A stretch of DNA of 64,000 nt from positions 91,964 through 155,963 of the forward strand of contig JADGBR010000001.1 of assembly GCA_015231405.1 (NCBI GenBank), in the 5' to 3' direction. The notes under the pieces were generated by a model. That model did no database searches. It had not been told where the DNA came from and saw only the letters and a program-made list of their open reading frames with translations. The number at the start of each line of letters is the position of its first letter. Within the stretch, counting starts at the first letter, position 1. This document shows, in pieces, positions 48,377 to 57,846 of this stretch. A program made the translations under genes and the position numbers. This DNA is from Candidatus Omnitrophota bacterium. GTDB lineage: Bacteria > Omnitrophota > Gorgyraeia > Tantalellales > Tantalellaceae.

Positions 48377-49273
48377 ATGGATGTAAATATGACCAGGGTC
48401 GGCAAGGTGGTGCAGTTCGCGATAAAGGAAGATGTATGGACAAGAGATATTACCTCGGAATCGGTATTGGATCCCGCCCAAGAGATCACCGCGGCGATCA
48501 CGGCCAAACAGCCCGGGATAGTTTGCGGGATACAGGTCGTTGAAAAAGCTTTTAATCTAGTGGATCCTAATACACGTTTTAAATACATGGTCAAGGATGG
48601 CGACCGCGTCGAAGCCGGAAGGGAAATAGCTTTTATAGAAGGCAACGTTCTCTCTGTGATGAGGACGGAAAGGGTCGCTTTGAATTTCCTCTCCTATCTC
48701 AGCGGTGTATCCACAAGAACGCGGGAATTTGTCGACAAAGTACGCGGGACGAAAGCAAAGATATATGACACGCGCAAAACTATGCCGCTCCACAGATACA
48801 TGCAGAAATATGCCGTCCGCGTAGGCGGGGGAGAGAACCACCGCTGGGGGCTATGGGATATGGTCCTTATCAAGGATAACCACCTAAGGGCCTACGGCAT
48901 CAGGAAAAAGACCGTCAATAACGAAAGCGTGATAAGGGGTATAATAAAGGAAGCGAGGGAGAACGTACAACGGAATATTAAGATCGAAATAGAGGTTGAA
49001 AGCCTGAACGAAGCCAGATACGCGCTTCACGAGGCTCCGGACATCATTATGCTGGATAATATGCAGCCCGAAGAGGTAAGGAAAGCCGTGAAGGTACGTT
49101 CAGAAATGGGGCTGGAGGACAGGGTAAAACTTGAGGTTTCGGGCGGCATAACCGTCGCCAATGTCAGAGAATACGCCGAGACCGGGATAGATATGATATC
49201 TTCAGGGTCATTGACGGCGTCTATATCTTCAATGGATTACGGCATGGAGATCGTTATGAGGGATAACCAGTAG
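48377..49273 (+). CDS. nadC: nicotinate-nucleotide diphosphorylase (carboxylating)
   Basis: QPRTase family with a TIM-barrel C-terminus (LDNM...VSGG). Confidence 0.85.
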   Translation: MDVNMTRVGKVVQFAIKEDVWTRDITSESVLDPAQEITAAITAKQPGIVCGIQVVEKAFNLVDPNTRFKYMVKDGDRVEAGREIAFIEGNVLSVMRTERVALNFLSYLSGVSTRTREFVDKVRGTKAKIYDTRKTMPLHRYMQKYAVRVGGGENHRWGLWDMVLIKDNHLRAYGIRKKTVNNESVIRGIIKEARENVQRNIKIEIEVESLNEARYALHEAPDIIMLDNMQPEEVRKAVKVRSEMGLEDRVKLEVSGGITVANVREYAETGIDMISSGSLTASISSMDYGMEIVMRDNQ

Positions 49274-49274
49274 T

Positions 49275-49389
49275 GCCGGTTGTCCGTTGTCAGTTGCCGG
49301 TTGTAGGTTCTTTGTCTCCCCTCGGTCATAGCTTTGAATAATGATAATTGAATAAACAGGCAACGGGCAACAGGCACCCGACAACTAAC
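49275..49389. repeat. GCCGGTT-family heptamers x5 (gccggtt gtccgtt gtcagtt gccggtt gtaggtt), about 45-nt spacer, reverse-complement AACNGGC heptamers x3-5
   Basis: Between nadC and uvrB. The unit is related to the trpC-trpF array (ccggtt/caacgg). Confidence 0.75.
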
Positions 49390-49414
49390 CAGTTGTTCCT
49401 CTGGATATCCGACT

Positions 49415-51496
49415 ATGGACAAGTTTCAGCTGATCACTGATATGAAACCCGCCGGCGACCAGCCCGATGCTATTCTAGCTATGACGCGCTCCATTACGGC
49501 TGGCAACAAATATCAGACGCTCATAGGAGTTACCGGCAGCGGAAAAACCTTTACTATGGCCAATATCATCGAAAAGGTGAATAAGCCAGTCCTCGTGATA
49601 TCCCACAATAAAACCCTAGCCGCCCAGCTTTATTCTGAGTTCAAGGATTTTTTTCCGAACAACGCCGTAGAATACTTCGTTTCTTATTACGACTATTATC
49701 AGCCCGAAGCGTATGTCCCTCAGACCGACCTTTATATCGAAAAGGACGCATCTATTAACGAGGATATTGACAGGCTAAGACTATCGGCTACCAGCTCATT
49801 ATTCTCGAGGAGAGACGTGGTTATAGTCGCCAGCATTTCATGCATTTACGGCCTGGGTTCTCCCGAAGATTATTCTACAATGCTTGTCAAGGTCGCTAGA
49901 AACGAGAGGGTCGAGAGGGACGAAGTACTGAAAAAGCTGGTTGATATCCAATACACGCGGGATAATTACAGCCTTGAAAGGGGAAAGTTCCGTGTTAGGG
50001 GAGATACCGTGGAGATACTGCCGGCATACAAGCAGACCGCCGTGCGAATTGACCTATTGGGCGATGAGGTTTCCCGGATAGCGGAGATCGATCCCGTCTC
50101 CGGCGATATCCTGGCCGAGCTCGACAAAATATTTATCTATCCGGCGAAGCATTTTGTCACAACAGAGGAAAAGATAAAAAAAGCGGTGTGCGCGATCCAG
50201 GCGGAACTTGAGGAAAGGCTCTCTTTTCTTCGCTCTAGCGGCAAGCTGCTTGAAGCTCAAAGGATCGAAGGCCGGACTAAATACGATATAGAGATGCTGA
50301 GCGAGTTAGGGTACTGTAACGGCATAGAGAACTATTCAAGGCATCTATCCGGAAGGGCTCCGGGATCAAGGCCGTGGTGTCTGTTGGATTATTTCGGTGA
50401 TGATTACCTCGTGATAATAGACGAATCCCACGTGACGCTCCCGCAGGTTCACGCCATGTATAACGGCGACCAGGCGAGGAAGCGGACGCTTGTGGACTAC
50501 GGCTTCAGGCTGCCTTCGGCGCTCGATAACAGACCACTAAAATATGAGGAGTTCATGGAAATCGTCCGCCGCATCCTTTATGTTTCAGCAACTCCCGGGG
50601 AATTTGAGATAAGGACCAGCGCCGTTGTCGCTGAGCAGATCATAAGGCCTACTGGCCTTATCGACCCTTTGATCGAGGTGCGTCCGACCGAAAGGCAGAT
50701 ACACGATCTTGCCGGTGAGATAGTTAAGCGGGCGAAAAGAGGCGAAAGGACCCTGGTCACGACCCTCACTAAAAGGATGGCCGAGGAGCTCACAAGGTTC
50801 CTTAAGGAGATGAAGCTAAGGGTCAGCTACATACATTCGGAAGTTAATACCATGGACCGGGTGGAGATAGTGAGGGATCTGAGGCTTGGAGAATTCGATT
50901 GTCTTGTAGGGGTCAATCTTTTAAGGGAAGGGCTGGACATGCCGGAGGTTTCTCTTGTCGCGATACTGGACGCTGATAAAGAAGGTTTTTTAAGGAGCGG
51001 GACTAGCCTCCTTCAGACCGCTGGAAGGGCCGCCAGGCATATTAACGGTGAAGTGATATTTTACGCGGACAATATCACCGACTCCATGAAAAAGGTCATC
51101 GATATCACCAACACGAGGAGAACAAAGCAGGCGGGCTATAATAGAGATCATGGCATAACTCCCGTGACCATCGTAAAGGCCATAAAAGAAGGAGTAGAAT
51201 CTTACCGAAAGGCAAAGGAAGTTACGGCGGAAGCGATAGGCGGTAAGGAAGGCGAGTACGACATTGTAGAGCTGATAGGCGAGATAGAGCGAGAAATGGA
51301 ACAGGCCGCAAGGAACCTGGAGTTCGAAAAAGCTATTGTTCTTCGTGACGAGAGACAGAGACTTAGGGAAATGTTGGGCGACCGGGCAGGGGACAAGGGG
51401 CAAGGGTCAGGGAAAGGGGAAGGTTTGGGCGGGGTTGTCGGGGGTGAAAAGAAGAATGGGGCAAAAAAGCGGCGGAAGAAGTTCAGGCGAAGATGA
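49415..51496 (+). CDS. uvrB: excinuclease ABC subunit B with Gly/Lys-rich C-terminal tail
   Basis: [12 protein letters not shown], helicase motifs and UVR domain ([10 protein letters not shown]). Followed by about 40 extra aa: [39 protein letters not shown]. Confidence 0.95.
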   Translation: MDKFQLITDMKPAGDQPDAILAMTRSITAGNKYQTLIGVTGSGKTFTMANIIEKVNKPVLVISHNKTLAAQLYSEFKDFFPNNAVEYFVSYYDYYQPEAYVPQTDLYIEKDASINEDIDRLRLSATSSLFSRRDVVIVASISCIYGLGSPEDYSTMLVKVARNERVERDEVLKKLVDIQYTRDNYSLERGKFRVRGDTVEILPAYKQTAVRIDLLGDEVSRIAEIDPVSGDILAELDKIFIYPAKHFVTTEEKIKKAVCAIQAELEERLSFLRSSGKLLEAQRIEGRTKYDIEMLSELGYCNGIENYSRHLSGRAPGSRPWCLLDYFGDDYLVIIDESHVTLPQVHAMYNGDQARKRTLVDYGFRLPSALDNRPLKYEEFMEIVRRILYVSATPGEFEIRTSAVVAEQIIRPTGLIDPLIEVRPTERQIHDLAGEIVKRAKRGERTLVTTLTKRMAEELTRFLKEMKLRVSYIHSEVNTMDRVEIVRDLRLGEFDCLVGVNLLREGLDMPEVSLVAILDADKEGFLRSGTSLLQTAGRAARHINGEVIFYADNITDSMKKVIDITNTRRTKQAGYNRDHGITPVTIVKAIKEGVESYRKAKEVTAEAIGGKEGEYDIVELIGEIEREMEQAARNLEFEKAIVLRDERQRLREMLGDRAGDKGQGSGKGEGLGGVVGGEKKNGAKKRRKKFRRR

Positions 51497-52473
51497 AGAA
51501 CGATCTTGAGATCAAAGGGAAAATAATATGGCTTTTAAGGGATAGCAAAGAAGGGTATATTTCCGGAGAGAGCATATCGAAAAAATTGGGTTTTTCACGG
51601 GCATATCTTTGGAAATATATATCCGAACTGAGGGATGACGGGTATTCGATCGACGCGGAGCCGCATAAGGGTTACTCGTTAAGATCGTCGCCCGACAAAT
51701 TATTCGATTTTGAGGTGAAGCGCCTTTTACGGACCCAGACAATCGGTAAAAACGGGCTATATTATTACAGCAAGATCTCTTCAACTAACGACACGGCGTA
51801 CGCTCTTGCCGAAGAAGGGGTCAAAGACGGAGCGGTCGTCATCGCCGAGGTCCAGACCGGAGGGAAAGGAAGGCTCGGAAGAAAATGGGTTTCACCTCCA
51901 GGCGGGCTCTATTTTTCGTTAGTTCTCCGGCCCGGGCTGCCTCTAAAGGATGTCCAGTCAGTCACTCTCCTCGCCGCGAGCGCTGTTTCCCGTTCGATCC
52001 TGAACGTTACCGGCGTTCGGACGGGCATAAAATGGCCGAATGATGTCTTTTTTAAGGATAAGAAGATATGCGGTATACTGACGGAAGTGAAAGCTCATCC
52101 CGATAAGCTTGATTATCTGATTTTGGGGGTAGGGGTGAACGTTAATACCCCTGTCTCTAAGTTGCCCGCGATGTCGACGAGCATAAAGGATGTAGCGAAT
52201 TACTCAACTGACAGGCGAGCGCTTCTTTCGGACATTCTTTTCGAGTTCGAGGCGAGATACAACGAGCTTAAAGATAAGGGGTTCGGGCGCTTAAGGGAAG
52301 AATGCAAAAAGTATTCGATTTTGCTGGGCAATAAAGTTAAAATAACACTGCATGACAGAATTATTGAAGGGATAGCCGAGGACATCGACGAGATCGGCGC
52401 GCTCGTCGTTGCCGGCGCTAACGGAAAAAAGCAAAGGATCTTTTCAGGTGACGTTGAATTGTGCCGAATGTGA
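51493..52473 (+). CDS. birA: bifunctional biotin--[acetyl-CoA-carboxylase] ligase / biotin operon repressor
   Basis: N-terminal HTH ([24 protein letters not shown]), catalytic [11 protein letters not shown]-terminal SH3-like domain. Confidence 0.85.
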   Translation: MKNDLEIKGKIIWLLRDSKEGYISGESISKKLGFSRAYLWKYISELRDDGYSIDAEPHKGYSLRSSPDKLFDFEVKRLLRTQTIGKNGLYYYSKISSTNDTAYALAEEGVKDGAVVIAEVQTGGKGRLGRKWVSPPGGLYFSLVLRPGLPLKDVQSVTLLAASAVSRSILNVTGVRTGIKWPNDVFFKDKKICGILTEVKAHPDKLDYLILGVGVNVNTPVSKLPAMSTSIKDVANYSTDRRALLSDILFEFEARYNELKDKGFGRLREECKKYSILLGNKVKITLHDRIIEGIAEDIDEIGALVVAGANGKKQRIFSGDVELCRM

Positions 52474-52641
52474 TCGGTAAGACTGTTTTTACACATTCGG
52501 CGGTGCAAAACCCCGCCGTTAACGGCGGGGTCGGGAAAGTCGCCTCAGTATGAACTTTTCCCTTGAAACCCAGGGCTTTAGCCCTGGGAGTATGAATGGG
52601 TTCATTAGAAATAGCGGGACACGGTCATAGGGAGGGATCGG

Positions 52642-53394
52642 ATGAAACTGCTTATAGATATCGGGAACACAAATACGGCTCTTCAGCTCCTCTCCGGCGA
52701 TAAATTCGTTAAGAGGTTCACCATCCATACTTCAAGAAAAGGGGTGTGTATAAAGTCGCTCAGCCGCCTTCTCAGGAGCTGCCTGGGAGATATTGACGAG
52801 ATCATAATCGTAAGCGTTGTCCCAAGATTCCTTTTAATGATCGCCGCGTCGCTTAGGAAGATCAGCGTGAAATGGCGGATAAAAGTCGTCGGTAAAGACC
52901 TTTTTGTGCCTATAGTCAACAAATACAAGTATCCTAAGCAGGTCGGGCAGGACAGGCTTCTAGCGGCGTTCGCTTCAATCCTCCATTTTCCTCCCCCGGC
53001 TGTGGCGATCGATTTCGGCACGGCCGTCACGTTCGATTATGTCAATTCCTCCCGTGAATATGAGGGAGGGTTAATATTTCCCGGAATGAGGCTGGCTGAG
53101 AGCTATCTCGAGGAAGATACCGCGCTTCTTCCAAGCATTCGTATAGAGCCGGCTAAAGGATTCATCGGAAAAGACACGAAAAGCAGCATGAACAACGGAT
53201 TGATCTATGGTTACACTTTTTTATGCGACGGCATGGTGCGTAAGTTCAGGGAGAAATACGGCAGCAAGATAAAAGTGATTGCCACGGGCGGAGACGCCGC
53301 TCTTATCGCGCGATATTCACGGGAGATCGACAAAGTCGTTCCGGACCTTATATTCGAAGGGATGAGGGAAATGATAGCGGTTAAAAAAGGATGA
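52642..53394 (+). CDS. coaX: type III pantothenate kinase
   Basis: MKLLIDIGNTNT, ...DFGTAVTFD...; 250 aa. Confidence 0.9.
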   Translation: MKLLIDIGNTNTALQLLSGDKFVKRFTIHTSRKGVCIKSLSRLLRSCLGDIDEIIIVSVVPRFLLMIAASLRKISVKWRIKVVGKDLFVPIVNKYKYPKQVGQDRLLAAFASILHFPPPAVAIDFGTAVTFDYVNSSREYEGGLIFPGMRLAESYLEEDTALLPSIRIEPAKGFIGKDTKSSMNNGLIYGYTFLCDGMVRKFREKYGSKIKVIATGGDAALIARYSREIDKVVPDLIFEGMREMIAVKKG

Positions 53395-54209
53395 ATAGCA
53401 TGAGAAAATATATTCTGTACGCTCTGTTCCCGGTTGTTTTAGCGGCAATAATTATGGGGTGCGGCAATAAGGAAGATCTTAAAGGGGATGTGATCGCAAC
53501 GGTGAACGGTGAGCCTGTTTACGCGAAAGATGTCGAGTGGTCCATTGAACTTAATAAGAAGCGCGACCCCATGTTCAAACTTACTCCTCTAACGTTCAAA
53601 GAACAGGTCGACATGATCATAGATAAAAAACTTCTAATACAGGAAGCCAGAAAGGAGAAGCTTGACAGGACGGAACGGTTCGTTTCCACCATACAGTCTT
53701 TCTGGGAGCAGACGCTTATACGCGACCTCATGGATCAAAGGTCGAGAAATATCGTCAGTTCGATCAAGGTGTCAGAGTCTGAAATTGAAGGATATTACAA
53801 GAACATATCGCATCAAAAGGTATTTCAGGTCCTTAGGACCGCCGACAAGGAGAAAGTGTCTCGCCTGGTCCTGAAAGATCCCAAAGATATAGAGTGGGAG
53901 GAGACCGTCGGCCCTATAACATATGATGATGCCTCGGCGGTCATGAAAAAGGCTTTCGCTTTTTCGGAAGGCAGGATGAAGGTCATCGAGGATGGTGGGA
54001 CATATTTCCTCTTTTTCGTGAAATCGGATAAGTCGATCCCTCTCGGGCCGCTCGCCGATATCAGGAATAAGATCGGGGAAAAGATAATGAACGACAGAAA
54101 GAACGAGATGTTCGACGGATGGCTTGGCTCTGTCAGGCGTAAAGCCACAATAGATATCAACAGTTCGGTCATGAAGGGGATGAGCTCGAAATATGAAGAT
54201 CAAGAATAG
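53391..54209 (+). CDS. putative periplasmic chaperone lipoprotein, SurA N-terminal-domain-like
   Basis: Lipobox LAAIIMGCG; SurA_N-like helical region (VNGEPVYAKDVEW...KKLLIQEARKEKL). No clear PPIase signature. Confidence 0.5.
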   Translation: MNSMRKYILYALFPVVLAAIIMGCGNKEDLKGDVIATVNGEPVYAKDVEWSIELNKKRDPMFKLTPLTFKEQVDMIIDKKLLIQEARKEKLDRTERFVSTIQSFWEQTLIRDLMDQRSRNIVSSIKVSESEIEGYYKNISHQKVFQVLRTADKEKVSRLVLKDPKDIEWEETVGPITYDDASAVMKKAFAFSEGRMKVIEDGGTYFLFFVKSDKSIPLGPLADIRNKIGEKIMNDRKNEMFDGWLGSVRRKATIDINSSVMKGMSSKYEDQE

Positions 54210-54783
54210 AAGAAAGAATTATTTTATTAAGAAGCAGTTCCAGACCGAATTTTTTATTAAATTTATCGCACTTTTGCTTTCTGAGGGCCTTCTCCTGACT
54301 TCGCTTTTTATGCTCATGGCAAGAGGGACTCTTGTAACGGCATATGGCTCAGACGGTCTTGTCATAAAAACGGCCGGGGGATATTTCTTTCTTAATTTCA
54401 TCATAGCGACCCTTCTTGTCGGAACGGCTATAGGTATTGCCGGAGTATTTGTTTTTATCTATCTGACTCACAGGTTGGGGGGACCGCTATACAAGATCGA
54501 AAAGACCATCGGCGAAGCAGCTGAAGGCGATATCTCTAAAAGGATCGAGCTTCGGAGCACCGACCAGCTCGGTGACCTTAAAGATGGCCTTAATTTTTTC
54601 TTGGATTCGGTCGACGGGTATATCTCTGAGATAAAAAAGGACCTCTCTGGTATCATAACGTGCTGTTCCGATAGCGATGGAATGGATCCCGAGAAGGTCC
54701 GAGAGCTCGGGGCCAGACTGGAAAAGATGAGGGCGTCCCTGACTTTTTTTAATACATCCAAGTATAATGAAAATAAACCTTAA
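54193..54783 (+). CDS. membrane protein with two TM helices and a HAMP domain, no output domain
   Basis: TM1/TM2 flank a periplasmic stub; HAMP-like RLGGPLYKIEKTIGEAAEGDISKRIELRSTDQLGDLKDGLNFFLDSV. 196 aa. Confidence 0.6.
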   Translation: MKIKNRRKNYFIKKQFQTEFFIKFIALLLSEGLLLTSLFMLMARGTLVTAYGSDGLVIKTAGGYFFLNFIIATLLVGTAIGIAGVFVFIYLTHRLGGPLYKIEKTIGEAAEGDISKRIELRSTDQLGDLKDGLNFFLDSVDGYISEIKKDLSGIITCCSDSDGMDPEKVRELGARLEKMRASLTFFNTSKYNENKP

Positions 54784-55261
54784 CCTTGTTTTTTATGCGG
54801 TATTGGCTGCCATGCCGGCGATATTCCCTTTCTCCAGTTCCGCGGGAGAAGAAAGAGATTTTGACACTTCCTACTGCTCGATAACATATCCCGATACAAA
54901 GACCCTCGGGGATTTCTTTTTCAGGATCGGCGGAAGGCGGTTCAATTTCGAGGACGATACAGCACTCGCCAGGTCGAGGGCCGACAGGATAATCGACAGG
55001 GTGATGGCTATCCTCGGGATGTATCCGAAAAATTTCAAGGTTCGTGTCCGACTCTATTCCGAGTATTCTCTGGGGTCGATCGCTTCTTACGATTCAAAAA
55101 CCGACGTTGTGACCGTATACGCCAATAAGGTCACTGACGGAGTATTCGCCCATGAGGTGGCTCATGCAGTCATCTGTAAGTATTTTCACCCAAACCCTCC
55201 CGGCAAGGCCCAGGAAATATTGACACAATATGTGGACAAGCATCTTTGGGATGATTACTAA
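54767..55261 (+). CDS. secreted small protein with HExxH motif (putative minimal zinc metallopeptidase)
   Basis: Signal peptide then HEVAHAV at residues ~130-136. 164 aa. Confidence 0.5.
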   Translation: MKINLNLVFYAVLAAMPAIFPFSSSAGEERDFDTSYCSITYPDTKTLGDFFFRIGGRRFNFEDDTALARSRADRIIDRVMAILGMYPKNFKVRVRLYSEYSLGSIASYDSKTDVVTVYANKVTDGVFAHEVAHAVICKYFHPNPPGKAQEILTQYVDKHLWDDY

Positions 55262-55320
55262 AACGAAAGCCTGTTCAGCGAGCAAGTCAGACTTCGTCAT
55301 CCCTTAGAAGTGAAAATTTC

Positions 55321-55350
55321 TTGCTGAATAAAATATTAGTATGCTATAAT
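55321..55350 (+). promoter_or_regulatory. sigma70-like promoter TTGCTG-18-TATAAT upstream of tRNA-Lys
   Basis: TTGCTG at 55321-55326, TATAAT at 55345-55350. The tRNA begins 28 nt downstream. Confidence 0.5.
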
Positions 55351-55378
55351 ACCCGCGCTTTTGATTAGAGTGCTTTAT

Positions 55379-55454
55379 GCCCGCATAGCTCAGTTGGTAG
55401 AGCAACTGACTCTTAATCAGTGGGTCCAAGGTTCGAGCCCTTGTGCGGGTACCA
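55379..55454 (+). tRNA. tRNA-Lys (anticodon CTT), CCA encoded
   Basis: Acceptor GCCCGCA/TGCGGGT (G1-U72), D-arm TAGCTCAGTTGGTAGAGCA, anticodon stem ACTGA/TCAGT with loop CTCTTAA, T-arm CAAGG-TTCGAGC-CCTTG, then ACCA. Confidence 0.85.
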
Positions 55455-55583
55455 TAAATTCGGCACATAGCTGGATTTGTGAGAATAGAGAACGGATATT
55501 GGAAAATAGATGTGGTGGATTTTGCATCCATCTTATATAATGGTGAACCGTTCTCTTCTCTCTAATTTCTATTGTTCTATGAC

Positions 55584-55659
55584 GCGGGTGTAGCTCAGTT
55601 GGTAGAGCATCACGTTGCCAACGTGATTGTCGTCGGTTCGAGCCCGATCACCCGCTCCA
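55584..55659 (+). tRNA. tRNA-Gly (anticodon GCC), CCA encoded
   Basis: Acceptor GCGGGTG/CACCCGC, anticodon stem TCACG/CGTGA with loop TTGCCAA, T-loop TTCGAGC, discriminator T, then CCA. Confidence 0.85.
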
Positions 55660-55766
55660 ATTTTTTAAGGAAAGCATGAATACTGTCCGGAGCTTTTTCT
55701 TCCCCGTTCGCATTATTATCGCTGGCGCGTTGACACTTTCGTTACAACAATCAGGGAGACACTAAT

Positions 55767-56240
55767 ATGAAGCTCATCGAACTGTTAGATCCGGAAGCGG
55801 TAACCGTCAGTATCCAGTCAAACAATAAAGAGGGCGTTCTTTCGGAGTTGGTAGATCTTCTGGTTAAATCCGGAAGCATAAAAAAAGCTGAGAAAGATAT
55901 GGTCTTGAAGAAGCTCAAAGAAAGAGAGGTCCTCGGGTCAACGGGCATAGGTAAAGGGGTCGGAATACCTCACGCAAAGTGTCCTTTCGTCAAGAAGATG
56001 GTAGCGGCTATCGGGATATCGAAAGAACCCGTGGATTTTAAATCATTGGACGGCGAGCCCACGCATATTTTCTTCCTTTTGATAGCGCCGGGAGACAACC
56101 CGGGACCGCACCTGAAATCACTCGCGAAGATCTCGCGTCTATTGGATGACAAATTCATCAGGGATCGGTTGCGGTCCGCGCAGGACAGCGCGCAGGTCCT
56201 CAAAATAATTAAGGATGAGGAACAGAAGAAGCTCGTGTAG
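55767..56240 (+). CDS. ptsN: PTS EIIA-Ntr (nitrogen regulatory IIA protein)
   Basis: GIGKGVGIPHAK active-site His; 157 aa of the PTS_EIIA_2 fold. Confidence 0.85.
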   Translation: MKLIELLDPEAVTVSIQSNNKEGVLSELVDLLVKSGSIKKAEKDMVLKKLKEREVLGSTGIGKGVGIPHAKCPFVKKMVAAIGISKEPVDFKSLDGEPTHIFFLLIAPGDNPGPHLKSLAKISRLLDDKFIRDRLRSAQDSAQVLKIIKDEEQKKLV

Positions 56241-56300
56241 AGTTCTTCTGACCTCTTTGCTCTAAGGGCCGCCGACCGGCGGCGGTACGCACCGGGGATC

Positions 56301-57548
56301 ATGAAAAGACTGAAATGGCTATATCCTGGAATGCTCATCAAACGGTGGATAAGTCTGTCCGTTATCGGGATAGTCATGGTCGCTATGGGTTTTGTGATCG
56401 TCATAGCCGAAAAAATACCGGAGAACAAGACGATCGCCGGGCTCATAATAATCCTCGGGATAATGATCATGGTCTACGCCGTGAAAAGGATATTTAAAAC
56501 ACTTGTCACAGCCCTCGTGCCCCAAAGTTATGACAGCCTCCTGGTCGATAAGGTATACGAGAAACACGTGCTTGTCAGGGGGCCGAAGATAGTAGTTATA
56601 GGCGGCGGCACGGGTCTTTCAACTCTTCTCACAGGTCTAAAGACCAGGACCAGCAATATTACCGCCATAGTTACCGTAGCGGACGATGGCGGGTCTTCAG
56701 GAAGGCTAAGGAAAGAATTCGACGTACTCCCACCGGGCGATATAAGGAACTGCCTGGTGGCTCTTTCAGATTCGGAGGATATACTGGGTCCTCTTTTCCA
56801 ATTCAGGTTCGAGGAGGGTAAAGAGCTCGAGGGGCATAATTTCGGGAATCTTTTCATTACGGCTCTTTCCAAGATCACCGGAGATTTTAACAGGGCCATA
56901 AGGGAGTCAAGCAAGGTCCTGAACATAAGGGGAAGCGTCTTCCCGGCGACGCTAGATAAAGTTCAGCTTATTGCCGAAAGGCAGGACGGAAGGAGGATAA
57001 CCGGGGAAAGCCGAATAAGGGAAGAGAGCGGCAGTCCCATAGTCAGGATGTACATTACTCCGGAAGATTGCGAAGCCTCTAGTGAGGCTCTCGAAGCTAT
57101 AAAAAAAGCGGATGTAATAGTGCTTGGTCCCGGGAGTCTTTATACGAGCGTTATGCCTAATCTCCTCATATCCGGCATTAAAGACACGATAACCGGTGCC
57201 AGGGGCATAAAGATCTATGTTTGCAACATTATGACCGAGTACGGCGAGACGGACGACTATTCCGTGAGTGAGCACGCAAAGGCGGTCATAAAACATACCG
57301 CCGGCAGGTTCATGGATTATTGCGTTTGTAATACAAGAAAAATACCCGAGAGGCTGTCCGAGAAGTATAAAATAAAAAAACAGTTTCCCGTAAAGACCAC
57401 TGCCAGGGACGAGGAGTGGTTCAGCGACGAAAAGATACTTCTTATAAAGGCGGATATCGCCAGCATGGAAGAGTTCGTCAGGCATGATCCGAGAAAGCTT
57501 TCGGACGTCATTATGAATATCTATAACGCGGCGAAGCACGGCGGGTAG
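56301..57548 (+). CDS. yvcK: YvcK/CofD-family gluconeogenesis-factor-like protein with N-terminal two-TM anchor
   Basis: About 70-aa hydrophobic N-terminus (two predicted TM helices). YvcK core PKIVVIGGGTGLSTLLTGLK...VADDGGSSGRLR...LGPGSLYTS. Confidence 0.85.
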   Translation: MKRLKWLYPGMLIKRWISLSVIGIVMVAMGFVIVIAEKIPENKTIAGLIIILGIMIMVYAVKRIFKTLVTALVPQSYDSLLVDKVYEKHVLVRGPKIVVIGGGTGLSTLLTGLKTRTSNITAIVTVADDGGSSGRLRKEFDVLPPGDIRNCLVALSDSEDILGPLFQFRFEEGKELEGHNFGNLFITALSKITGDFNRAIRESSKVLNIRGSVFPATLDKVQLIAERQDGRRITGESRIREESGSPIVRMYITPEDCEASSEALEAIKKADVIVLGPGSLYTSVMPNLLISGIKDTITGARGIKIYVCNIMTEYGETDDYSVSEHAKAVIKHTAGRFMDYCVCNTRKIPERLSEKYKIKKQFPVKTTARDEEWFSDEKILLIKADIASMEEFVRHDPRKLSDVIMNIYNAAKHGG

Positions 57549-57555
57549 CGAGAGG

Positions 57556-57828
57556 ATGATCATAAAAAAAGAGGTGATAGTCAGGAACGGTTCAGGTCTG
57601 CACGCGCGGCCAGCGGCGATGTTCGTTCAGATCGCAAATAAATACTCGAGCGTCATCAAAATAGTTAAGGACGGGCAGGAAGTCAACGGCAAGTCAATAA
57701 TGGGTATACTGATGCTTGCCGCGGAAAAAGGCGCAAGGGTCGTCCTGACAGTTGACGGCGTTGACGCGGAGGCGGCCGCCCAGGAGTTGGAGACTTTCCT
57801 CCTTAAGGAAAAAGATCCGGAGATGTAA
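57556..57828 (+). CDS. ptsH: phosphocarrier protein HPr/NPr
   Basis: GLHARPAAMF with His15; 90 aa. Confidence 0.9.
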   Translation: MIIKKEVIVRNGSGLHARPAAMFVQIANKYSSVIKIVKDGQEVNGKSIMGILMLAAEKGARVVLTVDGVDAEAAAQELETFLLKEKDPEM

Positions 57829-57846
57829 GGGATAGGTTCTAAGATC

